DNA of 56,349 nucleotides from a virus: UHGV virus genome UHGV-0011358; one strand, 5' to 3'. Shown piece by piece: positions 48,056 to 56,349 of this stretch (position 1 is its first letter; each line of letters starts with the position of its first letter). The notes under the pieces were generated by a model. It saw only the letters and a program-made list of their open reading frames with translations, ran no database searches and was not told where the DNA came from. The position numbers and the translations under genes were made by a program.

Positions 48056-48578
48056 ATAGCTCTTTACGTGTTATCTGCGTGAAAATACATTCATGTCTGC
48101 ACCGTGGATGCCAGATCAAAAACAAGCTCCCTTTGTTGTTTCCGCTCACTGGCTTACCAGTCGCAGCATTTATAAAAGCCAGCCGCCCGCGCGTTATTAA
48201 TCTGCATTCGTTTGCCGTCTCAACGCCGTTCATAAACCAGCTAACAGAAATGTCAGCGGGCAATAACATTACGCAACCGATGTGATTTCGTTGATGTTCA
48301 ATCGCCGCTTTATCAACGAATGGCCCCGGGTTCGAATATGGTGGATTCATCCAGACATACTCACCAGGCATTGCCACCGCTCCCCACGGATAAGTAAGCG
48401 TGTCCATTTCTTCGGTTATATATCGCGGTATTAATGCGTTTGCCTTGTTTGCCGCCACGTCAGCGACAAATTCAAACTCACGATCCATTCCCCTGAAAAC
48501 TGGTTTAGGTGTCTGCCACAGGTCTTTAATTTCCTTCGGCGTGCTACTGCCTCCAAAATCATTTTTCATTATGACCAC
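48030..48578 (-). CDS. phage Dam-family N6-adenine DNA methyltransferase
   Basis: NPPY catalytic motif in WMNPPYS and surrounding phage-Dam family pattern. Confidence 0.8.
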   Translation of the reverse strand: MVIMKNDFGGSSTPKEIKDLWQTPKPVFRGMDREFEFVADVAANKANALIPRYITEEMDTLTYPWGAVAMPGEYVWMNPPYSNPGPFVDKAAIEHQRNHIGCVMLLPADISVSWFMNGVETANECRLITRGRLAFINAATGKPVSGNNKGSLFLIWHPRCRHECIFTQITRKELYARGAEND

Positions 48579-48581
48579 CCA

Positions 48582-48833
48582 CTAGAAATAGTCCTGTTCC
48601 GTTCCCCAACGGTTGTTTAAATATTCCACCAACCAGATAAAACGCTCGATGCTGATTAGTGGGGCGACCTTGCGATAATGCTTTTCTAATATCAGCCGCG
48701 TAGCTTTATCGCTGTAGCCGTTTTTCTCTACCTCCGCTTTGCGGGCAGAAAGCGCTGCGCGGGCGGCAGCTTTTACGGCATTAAATTGCAGTTCTGACAT
48801 ATTGAACAAAGCCATAGAATCACCATTCATCAC
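48582..48833 (-). CDS. hypothetical protein
   Basis: 83 aa ORF. Confidence 0.4.
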   Translation of the reverse strand: MMNGDSMALFNMSELQFNAVKAAARAALSARKAEVEKNGYSDKATRLILEKHYRKVAPLISIERFIWLVEYLNNRWGTEQDYF

Positions 48834-49056
48834 CCCAATCAGGCGCTACAGTCCAGCAAAAACCAATGAATGCGCTAACAGCCAATAAAGCGCGGGCTGC
48901 AAAAAGAATATTCCCAATGTCGTTAAATTCAGGCAGTGACCACGTAATAAACATAGCCCCCAGCATGATAACACCGATAACAGTCAGGGCCGCCAGGAAA
49001 ACAAAAAGCGTAGCCAAAAGCCACGCCCCCAACCAGTTAAAAAAGCTCTTAACCAT
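48820..49056 (-). CDS. small membrane protein
   Basis: 78 aa, two hydrophobic segments. Confidence 0.4.
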   Translation of the reverse strand: MVKSFFNWLGAWLLATLFVFLAALTVIGVIMLGAMFITWSLPEFNDIGNILFAARALLAVSAFIGFCWTVAPDWGDEW

Positions 49057-49057
49057 T

Positions 49058-49261
49058 TTAAACCTCGTCTATTACACCACCTTGCACGCGTTCCTTAATA
49101 TCCCATGTGTGAGGCTTGCATAATTCTTGATAATAGTGATCAGGCCTGCTGCCGAAATACCATTTACCTTCCATATAAAAATAAACGCCCGAAAATATTC
49201 CGGGCGCTGCCTTTGTTGCTGATTCTGGAATCTTCCATTCTTTATACTGTTTAAACTTCAT
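49058..49261 (-). CDS. hypothetical protein
   Basis: 67 aa ORF. Confidence 0.4.
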   Translation of the reverse strand: MKFKQYKEWKIPESATKAAPGIFSGVYFYMEGKWYFGSRPDHYYQELCKPHTWDIKERVQGGVIDEV

Positions 49262-49442
49262 ACATTAACACCGCCTTTTTAAGTGCGCTCAATTCAAAGT
49301 GCATAAGACGAAAATGCTGTACACCACCAACAATACTGACCTGATAAATATCACCAACGCAGTTATAGTAATAACAACCAAATTGACCGATTCCGGCTAA
49401 TTTAGCGTTATCCGGTATCATGTATTCGCCAACCTTTTTCAT
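49251..49442 (-). CDS. hypothetical protein
   Basis: 63 aa ORF. Confidence 0.35.
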   Translation of the reverse strand: MKKVGEYMIPDNAKLAGIGQFGCYYYNCVGDIYQVSIVGGVQHFRLMHFELSALKKAVLMYEV

Positions 49443-49540
49443 AGATCACCTCATATGGTATTCAATAAACCACCTGATAAACAGGCATAAGGCAATAAAA
49501 CCCCAGCAACAGCACATATAAAACAATGTGTCGTCCATAA

Positions 49541-49759
49541 TTAAGCCTCAATAACACCGTAATCAAATGTGCCTAAATACCGTTCGATACTTACAACTTC
49601 AATACCATCAATGCACCGTTTCCACACAGACACCCGGCTTTCATTTTCCCGGAAGTGCATATTAGAAAGCACTTCATCGGCTGGATAGCCTTTCCCGGCG
49701 ACGTAGGCATCGTGACCTACTCCACCCTCAACACAATAAAGCATTAATTCGCGGGCCAT
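49541..49759 (-). CDS. hypothetical protein
   Basis: 72 aa ORF downstream of a palindromic GATC-containing intergenic region. Confidence 0.4.
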   Translation of the reverse strand: MARELMLYCVEGGVGHDAYVAGKGYPADEVLSNMHFRENESRVSVWKRCIDGIEVVSIERYLGTFDYGVIEA

Positions 49760-49858
49760 CTTGTTTTCCTCCGCGCCGTAAACCTTTTGATTTCAGTTCA
49801 CAAAACGGACATGCGATCACAATACAAAATGTACATTTATGTGATCGCAATCACAATG

Positions 49859-50488
49859 TTAATGAAGTACGCGTTTTTCAGGTTTTGGCATTAGCTGTGC
49901 GTCTTTCCGCGCGTCATTAAGCATAGCGATAGCCGCCTGTACACCTAAATCATTTGCGCGCATATCATTGCCAACCATTTCGCCGTAAAACAATGGCATA
50001 AGATGTTTAACATCTTCTTCTTCGTAGCCGTCATCAACGAACTTCTGTAACGCTTTAGCCTCGAATACTTTTTTCATTACGCCGCGCACAGAATACAGCG
50101 CAACGCTACCCGTATGATTTTCATCTAACGGAAAAATAACAGCACTTCCGAACGCCAGTGGGTCAATTTCTTCCGGCACTGGTACTCGTCCAAATTCTTC
50201 TTCCATGCGTTTTACGAAAGCAAGGCAGAAGACATAACGAGCTACGGCAGTTTTTTCTTCAGCGTTTAAAGACACATAATCGCGGATCGACGCGTCCATC
50301 ACAATATCAACAATCTGCATAGCCAGGTTTAAATCAGCGTCATACGCGCCAGCTTCCATATCTTTTAATACTTCGTGATAATCCTTCGTTTCCACTTCAT
50401 GAAAACTTGCGTCTTCAGTGTAGCGAGTGATTAACATGCCATTGCTGCCGAGTGAATAAGCTGTTTTGATGTCGTTCATGATGTTCAT
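49859..50488 (-). CDS. hypothetical protein
   Basis: 209 aa ORF, no recognised motif. Confidence 0.5.
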   Translation of the reverse strand: MNIMNDIKTAYSLGSNGMLITRYTEDASFHEVETKDYHEVLKDMEAGAYDADLNLAMQIVDIVMDASIRDYVSLNAEEKTAVARYVFCLAFVKRMEEEFGRVPVPEEIDPLAFGSAVIFPLDENHTGSVALYSVRGVMKKVFEAKALQKFVDDGYEEEDVKHLMPLFYGEMVGNDMRANDLGVQAAIAMLNDARKDAQLMPKPEKRVLH

Positions 50489-50492
50489 CCTT

Positions 50493-50825
50493 TTATAGTG
50501 GGTGATGCCATTTCATTTCAGTTTCTGGGTTGAACGGGTTTCCTTCACTTGAAAGGAATAAATCACGCGCCCGTTTTAGCTCTTCCTGGCCTATTTCTAT
50601 TTCATCAATCTGACCGAACGATCCAGGCATCATCCGTTTTAAATCAGATAGCGGGCGCATAAGGCCGCAACCGCGCAACAACATGTCTAACGCGAACTGT
50701 CGCCGCCCAGCTGCATCATTAAAGCGACGCGCCCACGGTACACACACTATCCGGCGTTCGAACTCAATAAATAGTGATAGCTTATTTGTTTCGCTATCAT
50801 AGGCCTTATGTAATTTAATTTTCAT
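50493..50825 (-). CDS. hypothetical protein
   Basis: 110 aa ORF. Confidence 0.45.
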   Translation of the reverse strand: MKIKLHKAYDSETNKLSLFIEFERRIVCVPWARRFNDAAGRRQFALDMLLRGCGLMRPLSDLKRMMPGSFGQIDEIEIGQEELKRARDLFLSSEGNPFNPETEMKWHHPL

Positions 50826-51006
50826 TTAACACCTCAACATATTGTTCAAGATGCCATTTACCCACCTCGTCGTCTTCTTCATCAAATAATGTTACTTGCC
50901 CTCCTGGCCCGAAAGAAAAGGCAGCGACAATAAATTTATAGCCATACCATGTGCGGATCTTTTCGCCGCCTTTCAGGTCTTTAACTTTCACTAATTTTAT
51001 AGCCAT
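50815..51006 (-). CDS. hypothetical protein
   Basis: 63 aa ORF. Confidence 0.4.
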   Translation of the reverse strand: MAIKLVKVKDLKGGEKIRTWYGYKFIVAAFSFGPGGQVTLFDEEDDEVGKWHLEQYVEVLNEN

Positions 51007-51272
51007 ACGCCAAACATCCCATTCAGTCCGGCAAACAATTTCCGCCAGTGGTTTTCAACATAAGCCCGGAACGGCTTAACGCGAACATTGCGGGCCTTCA
51101 GTTCAATATCATCAAAGAAACGCGGCTCTATGATTGTTCCGTCCAGGTATTTAACCAGTAATGGACGTTCGAGATCGTTACACATCTTATTCAGTACAAC
51201 CAGACCAGGGTCATCACGATATTCAGGCAACACGACAAGATCACCAGCCTTTGCATCCCATGTTTTCATCAC
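50997..51272 (-). CDS. hypothetical protein
   Basis: 91 aa ORF. Confidence 0.4.
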   Translation of the reverse strand: MMKTWDAKAGDLVVLPEYRDDPGLVVLNKMCNDLERPLLVKYLDGTIIEPRFFDDIELKARNVRVKPFRAYVENHWRKLFAGLNGMFGVWL

Positions 51273-51510
51273 AGCAACCCTCTAAAAATAAAGCTAACCA
51301 GCGCAGCAAATGCGCCACAAAAAACAACCACAAACAGGAAGCAAATAATGCAAAACGCTACAGTCACAATATCCTTACCGACTTTCATGATTAACCTCAC
51401 ATAGTAGTAATCAGCTTGATGATCGCCACCGTAATATAAAGCGATACGCTAAGATATATTGCCGCGACAGCCAACGCCGCAGCCAATGCGGCAATTTTTG
51501 CAAGGTTCAT
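51270..51510 (-). other. two tandem micro-ORFs encoding hydrophobic peptides (about 39 and 37 aa)
   Basis: MKVGKDIVTVAFCIICFLFVVVFC... and MNLAKIAALAAALAVAAIYLSVSLYI...; the second has a GGGAGG RBS; coordinates approximate. Confidence 0.35.
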
Positions 51511-51514
51511 AAAT

Positions 51515-51979
51515 TTACCTCCCGTGATTATCATGATACCCAAGCGCCTTATGCGCTCTTATGCTTTCCGCTACCGCATCAATTAGTGTTTCAAAAAAAC
51601 CGAAATGCAACCGTTTATAATTAAACCATATTTGCACACGCCACTTGTTAGCGCCTTTATGCCAAGATACGCCAGGGAATAAACCGTTTTTATTTCGTGG
51701 CCTATTTCTTAAGTTTTCAACAGCAGAAACAAGCCTAAGATTCAACAATCTATTATCTGTCTTTATATGATTTATATGGTCAATCTGATACCCTTTCGGA
51801 ATAGGTCCGTTATGCATGATCCATATAATTCTTTGTGCATACTCCTTAAATCCCTTAAATACGTGTACTCTTATATATCTTGTTGTTTTATCAATACTTT
51901 TTGCTTCCCTTAGATTTTTTCTTCTGAATAGCTTCCCGCTGCCTTTGTCGTAAATAAATATTTTATTATAATCAATCAT
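51515..51979 (-). CDS. HNH homing endonuclease (HNH plus AP2-like)
   Basis: QIDHINHIKTDNRLLNLRLV motif; paralog family. Confidence 0.7.
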   Translation of the reverse strand: MIDYNKIFIYDKGSGKLFRRKNLREAKSIDKTTRYIRVHVFKGFKEYAQRIIWIMHNGPIPKGYQIDHINHIKTDNRLLNLRLVSAVENLRNRPRNKNGLFPGVSWHKGANKWRVQIWFNYKRLHFGFFETLIDAVAESIRAHKALGYHDNHGR

Positions 51980-52201
51980 TTATTCACCTTTTGAGATAAA
52001 CTTGTCTAGCCATTTGTTATTAGCCAGCCGTTCTTTGTCATTACCAAAACTGTTTCTGCTTAAAAGCTCCTGTTTTGTTAATTGCGGCCACTTATCCGTC
52101 CACCCAGCCGACGTTTCGAACTCATACAAGCCGCCGTCAAAACAAATAAGCTCATCACGACCGTCAGGAATTTCCTTATCTACTTCTTTTTCTTCAATCA
52201 T
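51980..52201 (-). CDS. hypothetical protein
   Basis: 73 aa ORF. Confidence 0.4.
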   Translation of the reverse strand: MIEEKEVDKEIPDGRDELICFDGGLYEFETSAGWTDKWPQLTKQELLSRNSFGNDKERLANNKWLDKFISKGE

Positions 52202-52213
52202 GATAACACCTCA

Positions 52214-52492
52214 TTAATCGTTAATGACCTGGCCCATACGCCCGCGATATTTGCGCATACGTGGATCGACATATTCAGGCCAGTGCATATCCGGTTTTCT
52301 TTGCAGTGGATAAAAACTTGCCTGCCAGTTGTCGAACCATATTTGTTTTGCGTACAGGTCACTAAATCTTTTTGCGAATCTCTCTGCTGAATCTCCATTA
52401 ATGAAAAAGCCCGCTGCTATTTGCTCGCGGGCATCGTCAATCACCTGAACCATTGTCCGTGGCGGCGGCGGCGATTTTAAATAATCATCCAT
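52214..52492 (-). CDS. hypothetical protein
   Basis: 92 aa ORF. Confidence 0.4.
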   Translation of the reverse strand: MDDYLKSPPPPRTMVQVIDDAREQIAAGFFINGDSAERFAKRFSDLYAKQIWFDNWQASFYPLQRKPDMHWPEYVDPRMRKYRGRMGQVIND

Positions 52493-52994
52493 CGTTAATC
52501 ACCTCGTCATGCGCGTTGGCTCCCTCACCATGTTTGTTGTGCCACGCTCGATGGCATATCGGGCAAAGCCACATAACATCTAGCGGCTTGTCATAATCGC
52601 AATGGTGCGCGTGTACGCGGTCGCTTCTTCCGCATACTTCGCAAGGTTGCCTAATTAGTTTGCCGCATTTAATCGCATATTTCACTAACCATCCAGCACG
52701 ATATTTCTTCTTATTATTAAGCCTCCATTTTTTCCCCGCCTTATTAAAACTATTTCTCCCTTGCTCTGTTTTTCTATACTCGTCATAATATCCATATGAG
52801 TTGTATCTCTCTCTATATTCTTTTATTTTATCTTTGTTATCTCTCCTGTATTTGTCGTTATACTTATTTTTACAGTTCTTGCATTTATTACAATGACCGT
52901 CACGTTTTGAGTTATCTTTATGAAAACAAGAAAGGGGCAATAATGCCCCACATTTTATACACTGTTTACAACGCGTAGATTCTGTGTCGTCCAT
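52485..52994 (-). CDS. zinc-ribbon HNH endonuclease-like protein
   Basis: CxxC pairs and C-terminal HHCDYDKPLDVMWLCPICH HNH motif; start taken at MDDTESTRC. Confidence 0.55.
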   Translation of the reverse strand: MDDTESTRCKQCIKCGALLPLSCFHKDNSKRDGHCNKCKNCKNKYNDKYRRDNKDKIKEYRERYNSYGYYDEYRKTEQGRNSFNKAGKKWRLNNKKKYRAGWLVKYAIKCGKLIRQPCEVCGRSDRVHAHHCDYDKPLDVMWLCPICHRAWHNKHGEGANAHDEVINDG

Positions 52995-53415
52995 ATTGTA
53001 ACCCCACAGGACTAAACGGAATATCTGGATCGAAATCATCCGGCGGCGGATAATTTCCATTATTGTTTTGCGGGGGCGCTTTCTGCTGTTGTGGCTGTTG
53101 GTCATTCCTGCTGCAAAACTCAAATTCATTGACCGCCACTTCTACCGCCGTCCCCTTCGTGCCGTCGTTCCGGTCATATTGCCGAACATCCAGGCGACCA
53201 TTTACAACCAGCTTCGTCCCCTTACGGATATGCGGCGCTAATTTTTCCGCCCGCTCACCGAATATCAGGCACGTTACCCACATTGCACGTTTGTTGTCAC
53301 CGTAACCCTGCTGAACAGCCAACGAGAAGCTACCGATCGCTTTCCCGTTAGACGTATATCTCACCTCTAAATCATTCCCAACGTTACCGCCCAATGTGAT
53401 TGAATTTACGCTCAT
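52966..53415 (-). CDS. ssb: single-stranded DNA-binding protein
   Basis: OB-fold N-terminus, Gln/Pro-rich linker and acidic C-terminal tail DDFDPDIPF. Confidence 0.85.
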   Translation of the reverse strand: MSVNSITLGGNVGNDLEVRYTSNGKAIGSFSLAVQQGYGDNKRAMWVTCLIFGERAEKLAPHIRKGTKLVVNGRLDVRQYDRNDGTKGTAVEVAVNEFEFCSRNDQQPQQQKAPPQNNNGNYPPPDDFDPDIPFSPVGLQYGRHRIYAL

Positions 53416-54056
53416 TAACCCATCTCCCCGTTAAGCTCTGATTTTCTGATCTGGTATACGTCGCTCGCTTTCTGTCGTTGCTCTGAGTTTTCAGGTAATA
53501 ACTTCCAGCATTTAGCAAAAATATCTTTAAGCGCTTTTTCGTCCGGCGCTTTAGCTGCTGCATCACAGAAACGCGCTAACACCTCGTCAGGATTTGGCGG
53601 CGCTTTCTGCTGCTGTGGTTGTTGTTTTGGTGTGTTTTTTTGCTGGCGAGGCTGCTGGCCTGTCTGCTTCGCATATGCGTCAGTGTCAGGATCGCGGGCG
53701 TCGTCAATACAGAACAATCCGTTCAAAGCGTATTTTCTCGCGTAACTTGATGTCGCTCCTGTTAGCTGTGAACAATCCATTCCCTTCTTGCTTTCTTCCT
53801 CCCTGGCGTAAGCAGTTACCGCAATTTCATCTTCACCGTCGCTTAGTGTCGCAGTTGCTTTCACATAATAGCGATTGCCGATAAGGACGATTTCATCGCT
53901 AACAGTCAGAGTGATATTTTGAAGCAGTGGCTTAACCGCCTCTAAAATATCCTCCGCCGACCTGTAATTGTACCCACCGAAGTTATTACGCTGATTTTTC
54001 GGCGCGTTCAACGTTTGTTGAATCGTCCACAGCTTTTTGTGTAACTCTGTTTTCAC
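53415..54056 (-). CDS. erf: Erf-family single-strand annealing protein
   Basis: Long by-eye match to P22 Erf (LNAPKNQ, YRSAEDILE, VSDEIVLIGNRYYVKATATLSDGE, ATSSYARKYALNGLF). Confidence 0.9.
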   Translation of the reverse strand: MKTELHKKLWTIQQTLNAPKNQRNNFGGYNYRSAEDILEAVKPLLQNITLTVSDEIVLIGNRYYVKATATLSDGEDEIAVTAYAREEESKKGMDCSQLTGATSSYARKYALNGLFCIDDARDPDTDAYAKQTGQQPRQQKNTPKQQPQQQKAPPNPDEVLARFCDAAAKAPDEKALKDIFAKCWKLLPENSEQRQKASDVYQIRKSELNGEMG

Positions 54057-54205
54057 TCTTTGATCTCCTTCGCTGTTAACACTATGTATAAGGCTTTATT
54101 CGCGGCGCTCCACATTTCGGCATCGTGAAGCATTTCCGCTACTGCCAGTTTGAATTGGAGCGCCTGAATAACCATAATGTCACCTCCGATTATTTACATT
54201 TTGTA

Positions 54206-54496
54206 TTAATGATAGCGGACTTTATCCAGGGGTTTTTCCCCTAAATGGCGTGGTTGCGTTGCGTGGTAGTAGCTGCCGCTTTCATTTTTCATATACCATT
54301 TTACTGATCCTTTGCGACGTTCTTTACTGCTATTTGGTTTGCACCTTTCCTCGTTTGCAAATCGAATAGCTTTATCCACATTGTCTGTTTTATTAATTGC
54401 AGGTGATGATTTTCTTTCGTTTTCTCTTTTTATCCTTCTGCGTTCCCTGGCATTCATTTTGCTATCACATTTGCCATATATAATTGTAACGCTCAT
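54206..54496 (-). CDS. N-like transcription antiterminator candidate
   Basis: Arg-rich motif MNARERRRIKRENER near N-terminus; lies between a PL-like promoter with nut-like site and erf. Confidence 0.5.
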   Translation of the reverse strand: MSVTIIYGKCDSKMNARERRRIKRENERKSSPAINKTDNVDKAIRFANEERCKPNSSKERRKGSVKWYMKNESGSYYHATQPRHLGEKPLDKVRYH

Positions 54497-54551
54497 AATC
54501 TGATCTCCGTATATCCTTGATGAAACTTAATAAAAAATCATCTTCGTTAAT

Positions 54552-54589
54552 TGCCGCACTTCCAGCGGCTGACCAGATTGTTAAAGAGC
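54552..54589 (-). promoter_or_regulatory. nutL-like site (boxA plus boxB hairpin)
   Basis: Minus-strand TGCTCTTTAACAATC (boxA consensus) followed by hairpin GCCGC-UGGAAGU-GCGGC. Confidence 0.45.
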
Positions 54590-54632
54590 AAGCAACCTTC
54601 TTTTCCCTGCCTTGCTACCTCCTTTGACTCGC

Positions 54633-54661
54633 AATATACGCCCCGTGATATACCGAGTCAA
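54633..54661 (-). promoter_or_regulatory. candidate PL promoter
   Basis: Minus-strand TTGACT-N17-TATATT between repressor stop and N-like gene. Confidence 0.45.
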
Positions 54662-54785
54662 TCCATTTTGTATACTTTTTTTAAAAATTTTATATCTCAT
54701 TGATATTTAAATGATAAAACACGTTTTTCTGTTTACGTTTTGGTGTTTTTATGGCAAAGAAAAGCCGCCATCCGGCGGCTAATGT

Positions 54786-55432
54786 TTATGGCAGGTTTAC
54801 GATCTTCGCATCAACCACCACGCCTAAGATTTTTGATTCTGGATTCATAGGGATCGGCGGATACAACGGATTCAGTGAACGCAAAAGTTTTCGGCCTCCA
54901 TCAATAATCAATTGTTTAAACGTCGGTATTTGCCCTTCTTCGAGTTGAGCTATAACCAGTTTACCATCAATAGCTGGCGCGTGCGGGTCAATAAGTATCA
55001 TAGTACCGGCAGGGATGCTTAACCCCTGCGGTGCGTTCATTGATTCACCTTTAGCTACCAGCCAATAACTATCATCCGAACAAATAACGTTAGTAGTAAC
55101 ATGTGGCAATGTTGATCGGCGTATGCCTTCCATATTGTTTGCTACATCCTTCCAGTCAACAACCGGGTAACTGCCTAAATCACGCGGTGGCGCTCCCGGT
55201 AACGTGTTAGAAACAGAATCATCGATAACCATCCCGTCATGTGTGACAGTAAACTGCCGACGCCCAAGCGCCGCATGATCCGCGCAATATCTTCAAGATT
55301 TGGCTCACGGCGACCGTTCAGCCAGTGCGAAAGGCCACCTTTGGTTATCCCCATGAGATCAGCCAATGAATCCTGACTCATGCCCTGCGCCCGCATGAGC
55401 TGCTTTGCTAAGTCATACCATTTTGTTTTCAT
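54786..55432 (-). pseudogene. cI-like repressor (HTH N-terminus plus S24/LexA-like C-terminus) split by a frameshift near 55233
   Basis: HTH ORF 55175-55432 and S24 ORF 54786-55232 overlap in different frames; C-terminal part matches lambda CI cleavage domain by eye. Confidence 0.6.
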
Positions 55433-55735
55433 GTCGCTACCCTATAACCTAAAAAAGTTTGATGCAAGTCACAAAACGTGTTTTTCAAGCCTTGACCTGT
55501 TAAAGCCATTATGTAAACTTGCAGACAAGGTAAGGCCATAGTTGCAATGATGCAAGAAAAAAGATAAAGGAAAGCACAAAAGGCCAATTCCTTAAGCTCT
55601 TTAAAAATCTGGTGTCGCTGCGAAGCGAAAAACAAATATCACGCAACGGCGGGATCTGTTGAGCGGTCAGTCACTGCCATCTAATGCTAATGGGATGCCC
55701 GCCCGCGCGTTCACTCTAATCATAGGAGAAAGAAT

Positions 55736-55981
55736 ATGTATTACGTGCGCAAGGCTTTTGATATTCGCCTGAATAACAATGATCCGGCGCAAAAACTCAT
55801 CTTAATTGCACTGGCAACAAAGGCCGGATGCAACGGCAAAAGCGAAGTAACGCCAGAAGAGATCGCGGAAATGTGCGAAATTTCGTTACGCGATACTATC
55901 TCTGCACTGCATCAACTGAAAAGAAGCGGCCTAATCAGCCAGCTGCCAGGTTTCTTCTGCGTTTATCAGTTAATGTTTTAG
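55736..55981 (+). CDS. HTH protein, first rightward gene (Cro-position; paralog of next gene)
   Basis: 81 aa; GGAG RBS; paralogous to the N-terminus of the following ORF. Confidence 0.5.
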   Translation: MYYVRKAFDIRLNNNDPAQKLILIALATKAGCNGKSEVTPEEIAEMCEISLRDTISALHQLKRSGLISQLPGFFCVYQLMF

Positions 55982-55987
55982 TTCGTC

Positions 55988-56349
55988 ATGAGGTTAATGC
56001 TTATGAGTATGCGGCTAATGGTAGAGGTCTTCCATACTGAGGTCGGCGACCCAATGCACAAACTGGTGCTGTTGAAGTTAGCTGATAACGCTAATGATAA
56101 CGGAGAGTGTTATCCTTCTTACCATCACATAGCAAAGGAGTGTGAGATCAGCAAAAGAACAGCTATGAGGGCTGTAGACTCACTTTGTGAAAAAGGGTTG
56201 TTGATTAAACAACCAAGATACTTAATCGGAGGAAAAGAGCAAACTAGTAATTTCTATGTAATAGTCCTTCCGTCATTGCATGGTAGTGTCACTGTGACAC
56301 CGGGGGTAGTGTCACAGAGTCACTGGGGTAGTGTCACAGAGTCACTGGG
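55988..56349 (+). CDS. replication initiator-like HTH protein, N-terminal part (runs to window end)
   Basis: HTH domain followed by in-gene iterons; ORF reaches the window edge without a stop. Confidence 0.5.
   Translation, partial: MRLMLMSMRLMVEVFHTEVGDPMHKLVLLKLADNANDNGECYPSYHHIAKECEISKRTAMRAVDSLCEKGLLIKQPRYLIGGKEQTSNFYVIVLPSLHGSVTVTPGVVSQSHWGSVTESL
56282..56349. repeat. iteron array (three copies of a 22-23 bp repeat), candidate origin
   Basis: GGTAGTGTCACTGTGACACCGGG / GGTAGTGTCACAGAGTCACTGGG x2, truncated by the window end. Confidence 0.6.

Noticed and set aside
55429-55635. 68 aa minus-strand ORF upstream of the repressor gene
   Set aside because: Runs through the operator-promoter region and overlaps the repressor start; no RBS.
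1-56349. Host chromosomal flanks, transposases or insertion sequences
   Set aside because: No housekeeping gene, transposase motif or terminal inverted repeats seen; every module is phage-like.

Overview
The window reads as one temperate, lambda-like siphovirus genome (or prophage) of enterobacterial type, with no host housekeeping genes. It is very probably complete, and the two window ends are likely contiguous. Calls rest on by-eye comparison with remembered lambda/P22 proteins; no searches were run. About 85% of coding is on the minus strand, running from high to low coordinates: frameshifted cI-like repressor, PL and nutL-like site, N-like, Erf, SSB, a block of small unknown ORFs, Dam-family methyltransferase, NinG, RusA, Q, a 4.3 kb cargo block of small ORFs, lysis cassette (pinholin, SAR endolysin, Rz/Rz1), terminase, portal, capsid, lambda-like tail genes (H, M, L, K, I, J), tail fiber, terminator, attP-like repeats and integrase. 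The plus strand carries the rightward early operon (HTH proteins, iteron origin, antirepressor, DnaB-like helicase, Bro-N, NinB). Most notable: four opposite-strand moron islands inside the tail module, recurring GATC-containing palindromic motifs in intergenic regions, five HNH endonuclease genes, and tandem micro-ORFs. No CRISPR, tRNA or transposase was recognised.
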